Source: Mobula hypostoma
Lineage: Eukaryota
NCBI RefSeq assembly: GCF_963921235.1
Contig: NC_086097.1
Location: forward strand, 132,930,001 to 132,994,000
Length of the DNA stretch: 64,000 nucleotides
Direction of reading: 5' to 3'
Shown here: one piece after another, positions 1 to 12,020 of the stretch
How positions within the stretch are numbered: position 1 is the stretch's first letter
Layout of the letters: each line of letters opens with the position of its first letter
Translations under genes and position numbers: made by a program
The notes under the pieces: generated by a model
Told to the model about the DNA's origin: nothing
What the model saw: the letters and a program-made list of their open reading frames with translations, nothing else
Database searches by the model: none

Positions 1-415
1 CTTCTCTAACTTCTGTTAATGCCCCTCCTCCTCTTCTTACCCCATCCCTTGTTTATTTATTTATTTATTCCCCTTTCTTTCTCTCTCTTTTTTCTCCCTC
101 TGTCCCTCTCACTATATATTCCTTTGGTTCTCCTCTCCCCCTTTCTTTCTCCCTAGGCCTCCCTTCCCATTATCCTCTCCCTTCTCCAGCCTTGTATCCC
201 TTTTGCCAATCAACTTTCCAGCTCTTAGCTCCATCCCTCCCCCTCCTGTCTCCTCCTATCATTTCAGATCCCCCCTCCCTCTCCCACTTTCAAATCTCTT
301 ATTATCTCTTCTTTCAGTTAGTCCTAACAAAGGGTCTCGGCCCGAAATGTCGACTGTACCTCTTCCTATAGATGCTGCCTGGCCTGCTGCGTTCCATCAG
401 CATTTTGTGTGTGCA
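1..415 (+). mobile_element. Penelope-like element 3' end / pLTR with degenerate hammerhead motif
   Basis: 2-19 reads FSNFC* (resembles the PLE GIY-YIG ORF end), then a long CT-rich tract, then agtc-ctaacaa-agggtctcggccc-gaaatgtc-gact (320-355) and the tail tagatgctgcctggcctgctgcgttccatcagcattttgtgtgtg, which recurs degenerate elsewhere in the window. Confidence 0.7.
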
Positions 416-1625
416 GCTTATCCCTGTAATTTTTTCTATCTTTTTCCCACTGTTCTGTAAAATCATCTCCTTTAAGTATTATCCATTTCTTTGTTGAATG
501 TTTCCTGGCACGCTCTCCTTTCAGCCACTGTATATGATTATAAGAACCTGTCATGAAAAAAAATGCTATCTCTTTTTCCGAACTCTGATGTCCTACACCA
601 CTATGTTCAGGAGCAGCTAAGTTCATACAGCCATTGGGTTCTTGAAATGGTCTGTACAACCCCAACCCTACCTCTGCAATGGAACACCACGGATCACTTC
701 TTGCACCACTATGGACTTGTCTCTGAGTGTGTTATTGTAGCACTAGTATCTTGTTTTGCACTCTCTTTTTCTCTTCACTGTCTTGCATATGTTACGTTCT
801 GTGTGTTGTTGTCTGGATGTACGTGTCTGAGATGCTGCTACAAGAATGTTTTCATTGTACCTGTACCTCAATAATCTCAATTTGACTTCGTCGTTACAGA
901 AGAGCATCTGATAGCAGGGTTAGGTTGTGCCTGGTGAAGATTAAATATGTCCATGGCAATCAAACTGACTACTGCCATATTTGATAATGGCTTCATGTTC
1001 AATTCCACCTAGGATCTTGGGAGGTTCTGTCAATATGGCTATGGTGGCATAGTGGCAAAGTCATGGATGTTTAAACTAAAAGGCCGACTAATTAAAACAA
1101 AACAGATTTAGAAATCCTCAAATCTGTTTCCATGGTCATTCCAATACATGTGTCTTTCTGAGCTCATTATCCCTCATTTCCCTTCATCCACCCATCTCAG
1201 CCTTACATCTGCTGAATAGCAGAAGGCAGATAATCTCAAAGATTCTCCAACAAATATATAATGAAGTTCTTAGACCTGAAATGTTAACTATCTGTTTCTC
1301 TCTCTATAGATTCTGCCTACTTGCTGAATGTTTCCAACATTTCCTATTTTTATTTCTGCAGATTTTTTTTTGATTCCCAAAAATTAATTTTTGTCCTTAG
1401 TGGCAATAATCTCATCCCTGTGATGCAGAAATTGGATTTGAATCATGAACCAGCAGATGCAGAATTTCACGTTAGTGAACCTGAAAATTAACATCAGTAA
1501 TGAGACAGTGAGGTTGTAAGAACTACCAAATTGTCAGAAAATTCTGGATCTCTGGAGCCTTCTTGGAAAGGAAGTCAGCCGTCTTTACTGTCCACCCGTT
1601 TTAGGGTTTCTTAACCAGATGCGAC

Positions 1626-1888
1626 CTGGCTGGTGGCGTAGTGGCATCAGTGCCGGACTTTGGGATAAAAGATCCCGAGTTCAAATCCAGCCGGCTCCCC
1701 TGCACGCTTTCCATCCGTGCTGGGTTACGAGCTGGTGATCTCTTTGGAAACTCACCTGGCAGAAGACAATGGCAAAGCACTGCTGTAACTTGCCTCATAT
1801 GCGATTCCCCTCTACAACAGAGAGGCTTGGAGGGAAATCGTCCGCTAACCGGAGAAACTCCAGATGCGACGTACCTTTCCTTTCCTAT
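1626..1888 (+). mobile_element. tRNA-derived SINE with RTE-like tail (copy 1)
   Basis: A box TGGCGTAGTGG (1634), B box GAGTTCAAATCC (1677), (TTTCC) tail, flanked by agatgcgac/agatgcaac; homologous copies at 30.2 kb and 49.3 kb. Confidence 0.8.
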
Positions 1889-1889
1889 C

Positions 1890-2321
1890 TAGATGCAACA
1901 CAGTTTGGTTTGGCTGCTGCTCTACCCAAGACCACAAGAAATTGTTGAGGGTTGGGAATGCAGCCCAGTGTATCATACAAACTATCCTCCCCTCTGTTGA
2001 CACAATCTTCACATCCCACTGCCTCAGGAAAGCAGCAAGGATAATCAAAGATCCCTCCCTCACTTCTCTCTTCTCCCACTCCCATCAGGCAGAAGATACA
2101 AGAGCCAGAGAGCATGCTTCACCAACCTCAAGATCATCTTCTGTTAATAGACACTTGAATAGACCTCTTATATGCTAAAGGAACTTTATTTGTCTACCTG
2201 TACTGTACTTACTCTGTAATACTATACTGTGCATTGTTTTCTTTCTACTGACACAAGGTAATCATGCATGGAATGATGACATGCAAAACTTTTCACTATA
2301 TCTCAGTACATGTGACGATAT
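1890..2321 (+). mobile_element. Rex1/Babar-type LINE 3' fragment
   Basis: ORF 1864-2178: WFGCCSTQDHKKLLRV..AQCII..CLRKAARIIKDPS, the same C-terminal motifs as the other Rex1 copies. Confidence 0.7.
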
Positions 2322-2680
2322 TGTGATGCTTCGGTTGGGGGGTGGCAGGGTCGACAGCCCGCCCCTCCATTTCTAAAGACCAGCACTGTTTATTGTTCTT
2401 GTGTTAAAATGCTTTCCTGGGATTATGCCGGGAAGTTCAAGTTCATTTACTGTCACATGTTACATTTTATCTTGGGTTGCCCAATTATTCACATATGTGT
2501 TTGTGGGGCACCCTGACTGTAACTGGGCTGTGTAATAATCATCTCCCCTGTCTGTATGTGGCTGAACGAGTTCTCTCCCCAGATCATAGTCCCCAGTCTG
2601 TTTTTGTGTTTATCACAGTAAAAACAGATGCTGAGTTGTACAAGCTGTTCTGAACTGTCACGGACCAAATGCTCACCACA
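2322..2680. mobile_element. Solo LTR (359 bp)
   Basis: TGTGA...CCACA termini with a 4-bp TSD ATAT (2318-2321 / 2681-2684); splits a LINE tail (tgtgacgatat|taaaccaatc). Confidence 0.7.
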
Positions 2681-4594
2681 ATATTAAACCAATCTAATCC
2701 AATTAAGCCTATAGCAAGAAGAGTGACTGAAAAGAGCTCCCCAAATGGCAGAGGAAGCTGCTCCATTTAGAAGGCAGAAGCAGTGTCCATCACGTCTGAA
2801 GAAGCAAAATGATCCATACCTTCCTTGGGCAATTAGGAATGGTTCTGCTGAGTATTGTGGGCATGCATTGTTGGTGCCGAAACGTGTAACAACACATCCT
2901 TGGGTTGTGTTGATTGTTAACATGAACTATGTGTTTCACTGTATGTTTTGATGTACATATGATAAATAAATGAATCTGAATCTGAACTACCCATGTACCT
3001 CTTGGGATTGAGTGAAGGCCAGGATGAACTAGACTCAGCTATGTTCTAATTTGGAGTGACAAGAAGTGATTCTTTAATAAGGTCTTGGTTTTTCATGATT
3101 TACGTTTCTTTCCTTTTATGATTCAACATAAAGTCATCAAATGTTCCATTTTATTACCAGGGGAAAGAATGTTTCGGGTGTCAGCAGAAGGACTGTGAAA
3201 TCTTCCTGCACATCTAAAGTAATAATTCAAAACCCTCCTCCCACCCAAGACATAAGGAGCAGGAGTTTATTCACTTAATCATATTAAAACTGGCAATGTA
3301 TGTTATTATTCCACTTCAAGCACAGAAAGTTCCCAAATTCTTCATAAATAACACCTGGTACAGAACAAACGGAAAGCAATTGGGCTGCAATTTAATTTAA
3401 TTTTGATTTCTTCTCTGCCAATACTTCGGTAATTTTTTCTCTTTATTTTCTTCTTTCAGAGTATTGCAGCACAGGTCATACTGAACTGCATGAACAAACT
3501 ATTGCGCACAATGCTGCAGAGAAGTAAATGCTTCTTGGAAGTCTTAAAAATCAGCTGAAAGGATAGAGAATGTGATAAAGCTGGTGTTGTCCTCCTCAGA
3601 ACAGCAAAGCTTCCAAGGAGCATTTCTAATGGAAGTATATGTGATGGAGTGGAGAAAAAGAGAGTAATTACTTCCATGTACAGGCAGATTTAGAATCATA
3701 CAAACACAACCTTAAGGCAATGGTCAAACAAAAATCAAAACTATCTTGACTCGGTGACTTTATAAGCCCGTAGAACATAACGGAAACTGACATATTTCTA
3801 ATGAGCCATCACTACAAACTATGATAATGTGTTGTTATAACCAGGAAGTGGATACAACAGAAGCTTTAAGCTGCAAACTGGACCACTCCTTGTAAATGGA
3901 AAATTTTGTAGGATAAAGACAGAATAGAGAGAAATAATTAATACTTTTATTTTTAGAAGACGGCCATGGACCAGATGAACTGAATGGTTTCCTATTATGC
4001 TTTACAGATCTGTAATTCTAATTTGGGACACCTACCATTATCATTTGTATATTCCATAGAGATTTGTGAAACTGAAAACCATAAATCAATAAAACTAAAT
4101 TTAAATCTCAGAGAATCAATCCTGAAGTCAACACATTGAAGCAATCACAAAGAAGGCACATCAACAGCTCTACTTTGTTCAGAGATTGAGGATGTCCAGC
4201 ATATCATCAACCACTGACCAATTTCTATAGATGTACAATAGAAAGTATTCTGACAGGTTACTCACAGCCTAGCATGGAACTTGCAAAGCATTGGATCACA
4301 GCTTGCTGCAGATTGTCGTAAATTCAGCAAGCTTCAACATGGGTAAAATCAACCCCCCGCCCCCCTCCCACTTAGGACATCTTCAAGAGACAGCTCCTCA
4401 AGTAGGTGGTATTAACACTAAGGACTCTCACCATCCAAGACATGCCCACTTCTCACTACTATTTTCAGAGAGGAGATACAGGAGCCTGAAGATCCACTCT
4501 CAATGATTCAGATATAGCTTCTTCTCCTCTACCATCAAATTTCTGAATAATCCATGAGTTCCATAACCACCACCTCATTATTCATTTTTTTCAA

Positions 4595-5215
4595 TGTTTC
4601 AATGGTTCCATTTAATATCAGAGAATGTATATATCAGTGAATGGACACAAGCTACAACCTGAAATTCTTACTTTTCACAGACATTCGCGAAACAGAAGAA
4701 AACCCCAAAGAATGAATCAGAGAAAAATCATTAGAACCCCAAAGCCCACCCACTCACCTCCCACACACAAACAGCAAAGTATCAACCCTCCCACTTGTTC
4801 CAGCAGGAAGAATCAACACTCACCACTCACTAAGCACAGCACCCAAAGAGCTGATGATTCACAGTCCAACAAAAACTACAGTTCATAACCCAACACTTTG
4901 ACATGCCACAAGCTCTCTCACTAACAAGGGACAGAGAGGTGTCCACATTCTACCACGAGAGAGAGAGACCAACAAACCACTATTTCAATGTTGCAATCTA
5001 AAGCGATGCTTATTTGAGCTCACCTGACTCGAGAACCAGCAGACTGTCCCCCACCCCCAATGAAAGAGAGAGAGAGAGAGAGAGAGTGATCGCCCGAGTG
5101 CAGAGGCCTCCAACAGCTGCACCCCTGTCTCGATGTTCCAATCTCCATGATGTTACAGTTGACAACACCGGTGAGAACCCCAGCCACTTTTTCCCTCTGG
5201 CACTATCTTAGCTCC
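4595..5215 (-). mobile_element. Non-autonomous retroposon with Rex1-like tail (family also at 16.9, 56.3 and 62.2 kb)
   Basis: ttcaatggttccatttaatatcagagaatgtata end shared with 16888-16925 and the reverse complement of 57030-57070; contains (AG)11 at 5065-5086. Confidence 0.55.
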
Positions 5216-5367
5216 TCCGTTTTCACATCATAATATGATTGAATTCATACTACATTTTGAGAGGGAGAAGCTTGTCACATGTATCAGTATTGCAATGGAT
5301 TAAAGGGAATTACAGAGGCATGAGAATGGAACTTGCCCAGGTGGATTGGAGGGAGATACTGGTGGGA

Positions 5368-6298
5368 GTGACCCTACCACCCTAATAGGTATCATATCAG
5401 ACTGTGACGAGACAGCCTATAGGGAGGAGGTACAGCATTTGATAGAATGGTGTTGTCATAATAACCTGGACTTGAACATCACAAAAACCAAGGAGCTGAT
5501 AGTAGACTTCAGGAAATCAAAGCGCGTCGAGCACTCTGCTCTACACATATAGGGGAAAGAGGTGGAGAGGGTGAAGAGTTTCAAGTTCCTCGGTGTCCAC
5601 ATCTCGGCTGACCTCGCCTGGACTGCCCATGTCTCTTATCAGGTGGAGAAGGCCCAACAGAGGCTCTACTTCTTAAGGAAGCTAAAGCACGCTCTCCTCC
5701 CTCATCACCTGCTGATCAACTTCTATCAGACAACTATAGAGAGCCTCCTGATGTATTGCTGTGCAGTATGGTTTGCCAGCTGCACAGAACAGAACAGGAA
5801 GGACTTGCAGCGGGTGTTGAGGGTAGCAGAGCAGGTTATTGGCACAACATTACCCTCCCTTAGAGACATTTATACTGGCAGACTTCAAAAGAAGGCTACT
5901 TGTATTTCAAAGGATCCCACTCATCGTGGACATCATCTGTTTTCCCCTCTACCTTCTGGGAAGAGATACAGAGCATTAAGGATGAAAACAAAGAGACTCC
6001 TTAACAGCTTCTACCCACAAGCAGTGAAATGTATAACACCCCCTACCCTTCTCCTACCCCCCTCTAAGATGGCGGCAGCTAAATGCATCACACTTCCAGG
6101 AATGGCAGGTGTGCAATAGTCCTACCCCCCCCACCCCCATCCATATATTATTAATTTTGGACTGCACTCCTGAGGTATAAGAGTTTATTTTATGTATATA
6201 TTCTTTGTCATGCTGCAAAACCTTGAGCTGCTAAACTGTGTTTCATTGCTCCACAACAATGACAATAAAGATATTCAATTCAATTCAATTCAATTCAA
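5368..6298 (+). mobile_element. 5'-truncated young Rex1/Babar LINE inserted in CR1
   Basis: In-frame ORFs 5346-5552 and 5562-6119 separated by one TAG (LNITKTKELIVDFRK, FKFLGVHIS, KAQQRLYFLRKLK, LPSGKRYR..NSFYPQA); (CAATT)n tail 6272-6298; CR1 sequence resumes on both sides. Confidence 0.9.
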
Positions 6299-6636
6299 TG
6301 ATGGCAGAGCAGAGATGGCTGAAGTTTCTGGAAATAGTTCACAAGGCGGAGGATAGGGATGTCCCACAGAGGAAGAAGTTCTCAAATGGCAAGGGTGGGC
6401 AACAGTGGCTGACAAGAGAAGTTAATGCTGCATAAAAGCCAAGGAAAGGCATATAAGGTAGCAAAAGTGAATGGGAAGTTGGATGATTGGGAAGTTTATA
6501 AAATCCAACAAAAAGCAACTAAAAAGCTATAAGAAGGGAAAAGAGGAAATCTGCAAGATGAAGATGAAGATGCAAACTAGCCAATCATATAAAGCGGGAT
6601 ACTAAAAGTTTTTTCAGCTATATAAAGAGTAAAAGG

Positions 6637-7217
6637 GTGGTTCCTAAGGTTGTCATAGCCAGGGGTGGTAGTGGGGGTAAGTTCCGACGACCCGTAAAGT
6701 GCTCCAAATGGCGTGCTTCTCTAACAGCCTGTGATAACCAAGTCCAATTCTTGGCCTTCACGTGTGGCTCAGCTACTAGGCCCGGCGGAACTGTTTCTAC
6801 TGACAAGAGAAGGGGCAAAGGTGGACAACTGGCACCTCAAAACTGGTTGCGTCAGGCAGTTGGGGCTCGTCAGCCTTGGATGGCAACCCACCTAGGAGAA
6901 AGAAAACTCTGATTTTAAACCTCCACTACCTTGTGGCCATACCCACCCATGGGAAAGGCTTCAGTAGTAAACCCCGAGGAAGAAATCAGGAGCCAGGGTC
7001 CCTAAGGCAGTTTGATGTTGTTTACAACTTCACTCTGGCAACCTCTGCCAAGCTGGTGCCAAACTGTATCAGCACTTTCCCTTCCCTTCAACTACATCAA
7101 TGACACAGAACAGCCGGTTCTTCAAATCTTCCCGCCCAGGCTTGAGCCCTGGAGAGGATGCAGTCCACCAGAGGCGCAAACCCATGATCCCTGGGATCAA
7201 CGGCTGCCTACTACTAC
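6637..7217 (+). mobile_element. Non-autonomous RTE-type retroposon inserted in CR1
   Basis: TSD TAAAAGG (6630-6636 / 7218-7224), (CTA)n tail, no coding frame; body homologous to 14050-14430 (minus). Confidence 0.7.
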
Positions 7218-9271
7218 TAAAAGGAAGGTGAGAGTTGATATTGGACCACTGGGAAATGATGCTGGTGACAGGACAAAGAAATGGCAGATGAACTAAATAA
7301 GTACTTTGCATCAGTCTTCACTATGGAAGACACTAGCAGTGTGCCAGAGGTCCATGAGTGTCAGGGAGCAGGAGTGAGTGCCATTGCTATTACAAAGGAA
7401 AAAGTGCTAGGCAAACTGAAAAGTGCTAGGCAAGTCTTAAAGTGGATAAGTCACCTGGACCAGATGGACTACATCCCAGAGTTCTGAAAGAGGTTGCCGA
7501 AGAGATAGCAGATGCATTGGTTATGATCTTTTAAGAATCACTTGATTTTGGCATGGTTCCGGAAGACTGGAAAATGTCACTTCACTCTTTAAAGAGGGAG
7601 GAAAGCAAGATTATAGGCCAGTTAGCCTAACCTCAGTGGTTGGGAAAGTGTTGGAGTCCATTATTAACTATGAGGTTTCGGGGTACTTGGAGACTAATGA
7701 TAAAATTAAGTCAAAGTCAGCATGGTTTCTGTAAGGGGAAATCTTGCCTGACAGATCTCTTAGAGTTCTTTGAGGAAGTAACAAGCAGGGTGGATAAAGG
7801 AGAGGCAGTGGATGTCATTTACTTTGAATTTCAGAAGGCACATGGGGCTGCATAACAAGATAAAATCCAATGGCATTACTGAAAAGATATTGAAAAGAAA
7901 TAGTTGACAGCCAGGAGGCAATGAGTGGGAATAATGGGGACCTTCTCTGGTTGGCTGCCAATGACTAGTGATGTTCCTCAGGGGTCAGATTGGGACCGCT
8001 ATTTTTTACGTTGTTTGTCAGTGGTTTAGATAACGGAATTGATAGCGTTGTGGCAAAGTTTGCAGATGATACGAAGATAGGTGGAGTATTGTCAACAGTT
8101 TTGGGCCCCATATCTCAGAACGGATATGTTGTCATTGAAGAGAGCCCAGAAGAGGTTCACGAGGATGATTCCGGGAATGAAGGGGTTAACATGTGAGGAA
8201 CTTTCGGCAGCTTTGGGTCTGTACTCATTGGAATTTAGAATCTCATTGAAAACTACCAAATATTGAAATAACTAGATAAGGTGGATGTGGAGAGGATGTA
8301 GCCTATGGTGGGGGTGGCCAGAATTAGAGCACACAGCCTCAAAATTGAGGGGCAACCTTTCAGAACAGAGGTAGGGAGGAATTTTTCTAGCCAGAAAGTA
8401 GTGAATCTGTGAAATGCTCCACCACAGACTGCTGAGGAAGCCAAGTCCGTGGGTATATTTAAATCGAAAGTTAATAGATTCCTGATTGGTCAGGGCGTCA
8501 AGGTTATGGGGAGAAGGTAGGTGTATGGGGTTGAGTGCAATCCGTGATCAGCCCTGATGGAATGACAGAGCAGACTTGACGGGCTGAATGGCCTAATTCT
8601 GCTCCGATGTCTTATGGACTATGGGCTTCACCATTTATTTAATTTAAAATGCATGGTAATTTTATGCATGTCTTTGTACTATACTGCTGTCACAAGACAA
8701 TAAATTTCATATCATGTAAGACAGTGATAATAAGCTGTCTCCGATTCTGATTCTAAAATCACTAACTAGGCATCAGACACAACATATCATGGTTCATTGG
8801 TAATTGATCAGCTCCCAGAATTTGCCATCAGTTTATGAAATCATTTGAGTCAGCGTTGCCTTGCCCTGTGCTAATGTTACCTCTTACTTATTAAATGTTC
8901 TGATATCAAAGGCTGTGTTAGTTTGAAACGGATGAAAAAACATTGCCTCAGTTCATGTTAAGCACAAGGAGTGCTGTCACAGGAAAGCAGCATCCATCAT
9001 CAAGGACCCCCACCATCCAGACCATCCACACTGCTGTCATCATGAAGGAGGTACAGAAGCTTCAGGACCAACACCACCAGATTCAGAAACAGTTATTGCC
9101 CCTCAACCATCAGGCTCTTGAATCAGCGGGGATAACTTCACTCACCCCACCACTGAAATGTTTCCACAACTTATAGGCTCACTTTCAAGGAATCAACAGC
9201 TCATGTTCTCAATATTTATTATTTACTTATTGAATATTATTTTTTTCTGTTTCTTATTGTATTTGCACAGT

Positions 9272-12020
9272 TCAAATTCAGGTTTAATATCTTTGGCATA
9301 TGTCATGAAATATGTTATTATGTGGTAGCAGTACATTGCAATACATAATAATAATAAACTGTAAATTACAGTAAGAAGTATATATATTTTTTAAAAGTTA
9401 GATTAAACACATAGTGCAAAATGATTTTTAGAAAAGTATTGAGATAGTGTTCATGGTTTCAATGTCCATTCAGAAATCTGATTCGAGGGGAAGAAACTGT
9501 TCTTGTATTGTAGAGTGTATGCCTTCTGGCTCCTGTATCTCCTCCCTGATGGTAACAATGAGAAAAGAGTATGTCCTGGATGATGGAGGCCTTTAATTAT
9601 AGATGCTGCCTCTTTGAGGCATTGCTCCTTGAAGAGGTCCTGGATGCTAGGGGTGGGGAGGTTCTAGTTCCCATAATGGAGCTGACTGAGTTTATATCTT
9701 TCTGCAGCTTATTTCAATCCTGTGCAGTGCCACCCTCCCCCCGCCACCCTAATACCAAACACATGATGTGCCGGGCCCAGACTAGATCTTCAGAGACGTT
9801 GACACCCTGGAACTTGAAATCGCTCACCTTTTCCACTTCTGATGTCCCAATGAGGATATGTATGTGTTCCCTCATCTTGCCCTTTCTGAAGTCCACAATC
9901 GATCTTACTGACGTTGAGTGCAAGGTTGTTGCTACGATACCACTCAACTACCTAATCTAGCTCACACCTGTACGCCTTCTCGTCACCATGTGAAATTTTG
10001 CAAACAGTAGTTGTGATATTGGCAAATTTATAGATGGCATTTGAGCTGTGCCTAGCCACATAGTCATGGGTGTAAAGAGAATAGAGCAGTGGGCTAAGCA
10101 CACATCCTTGAGGTGTGGCAGTGTTGATTATCAGTGAGGGGGAGATATTCTTTCTGATCCGCACTGACTGTGCTCTTCCGTTGAGGAAGTTGAGAATCCA
10201 GTTGCAGAGGAAGATGCAGAAGCCCAGGTTTTGAAGCTTTTTGATCAGGACTGTAGGAATGATTGCGTTAAACTCTGAGCTGTAGTCAACAAGCAGCAGC
10301 CTGTTGTAAGTATTGGTATTGTTCTGGTGATACAAGGCCACATAAAAAGCCAATGAGATCACATGCACCGTAGACCTATTGTAGTGATTGTGGTGCATTC
10401 ACGTCCTTGCTAGGGAGGAGTTGATTCTAGCCATAACCAACCTCTCAAATCTCTTCATCTCCATAGATTTGAGTGCTACTGGACAATAGTTGTTAAGGCA
10501 GCTCACTGTGCTTTTCGTGGGCACTGGTATGATTGTTGCCCTTTAAAACAGGTGGGAACTTCCGATCGTAATAATGAGAAATTTAAGGTGTCTTTGAAAA
10601 CCATCAGCAGTTGGTTGGCACAGGTGTTCAGAGGACACCATTGGGGCCTGTCGCCTTGTGAGGGTTCACCTTCTTGAAAGACATTCTGACGTCAGCCTCT
10701 GAGACAGAGATCACAGGGACATCGGGTGCTGCAGGTATCTTCATAGCTGTAGTTTTATTCTCCCTTTCAAAGCGTGCATAAAAAGTGCTGAGTTCATCTG
10801 GGAGTGAAGCATCACTGCCATTCATGATGTTAAGTTTTGCTGTAGAGTAAGTAATGGGATGCAAACCCACCTGAGTGGCCCTCAGCAGATTATGAATCTC
10901 CTGGTTCATCCACAGCTTTTGATTCAGGTATTCCACACAGAGTTTAATGAAGTCAGTGACAGCTGTGGTGCATTCGTTCAAGCTCGAAGATGAATCCCTG
11001 AATAATGTCCAGTCCACCAACTCAAAGCAGTTCTTTAAAAACTTCTTCGACTCTCTTGTCCATAGTTTCTTGGTCCACTCTACTGGTGCTGCAGTCTTCA
11101 GTCTCTGCATATATCCTGGAAGTAGAAGTGCAGCCAGTGGTCAGACTTTCCAATGTGTGAGTGTGGGATGGCAAGATAAGAGTTCTTGATGATAGTGTAA
11201 CACTAGTCCAGTGTACCGGCTCCTCTAGTTCCACAAGTGATATATTGGTGATAATTATCTGGAGACTTTTTCAAACTGGCCTGCTTAAAATCCCCCCAAA
11301 ATGACGGAGAAGATTGTTTCAACCCTGTTGATTACATCGCTCAGTTCGTCTAGAGCAGCGATTCCCAACCTGAGGTCCAAGGGCCCCTTGCTTAATGTTG
11401 GTGGTTTATAGCATAAAAAAGGTGGGAAACTCTGGTCTACAGCCTGTTCAACATGGACCTGAGGTGGGCTATACACCAGTACCGAGATGATGGCTGAAAA
11501 CTCCCACAGTAGATAAAATGGATGACACGTAATCGCCAGATGTTTTAAGTCAAGTGAGCAGGACTGGGCCAGAACCACCACATCTGTGCACCAAAGGGAG
11601 TTAATCATAAAGCATATTCCATCTTCTCTGCCTTTGAAAGAATCAGTGGTTCTATCTTGGCGGTGAATCATGTATTGCTGCATCCAGATTGGCAGGGGAT
11701 AGCCAAGACTCCATGAAACAAAATACACAGCAGTCCCTCATGTCCTTCTGGTACTGCAACCTCGCTCTGAGGTCTTTGATTTTATTATCCTAGAGACTGT
11801 GTGTTTGCCAACAGAATAGATGATAGTGGAGATTGGAACACACTTCTCCATCATGGCATCCTCTCTTCCACTGTCTTAAAGAGGAACCCCACTTGCGACC
11901 AGAGACTGCCATCCAAGATTTGATGCACTTTGAGTAGCTATAGAGTCTTTTAAACACCTTAAAACAATGTTGCTTACTGTAATGTCTACAGCTGTAACGG
12001 TGGATCTCAGCTGTAGTACT
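9272..12020 (-). mobile_element. Rex1/Babar LINE, long decayed copy (APE + RT)
   Basis: Fragments GICFMINSLWC..CHPFYL..VYSPPQ (APE), [56 protein letters not shown]. Confidence 0.9.
11356..11434. mobile_element. hAT/Charlie-type micro-MITE (copy 1)
   Basis: TIR cagcgattcccaacc...ggtgggaaactctg; 8-bp TSD gtctagag/gtctacag (NTCTAGAN-like). Confidence 0.75.

Larger units (their letters stand above)
5235..8625 (+). mobile_element. CR1 LINE (decayed ORF2 to 3' UTR) carrying two younger insertions
   Basis: MADELNKYFASVFT, SQHGFCKGKSCLTDLLEFFEEVTSRVDKGEAVDVIY, VPQGS.LGPLFF, KFADDTKIGG; 3' tail gggctgaatggcctaattctgctccgatgtcttatgg. Confidence 0.9.

Noticed and set aside
1634..1690. tRNA gene
   Set aside because: A/B boxes belong to a SINE head that continues into a shared body and tail in three copies.
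5562..6119. KAQQRLYFLRKLK motif suggesting an ALKBH8-like host gene
   Set aside because: This motif is part of Rex1/Babar ORF2; context, tail and insertion into CR1 show it is a LINE.
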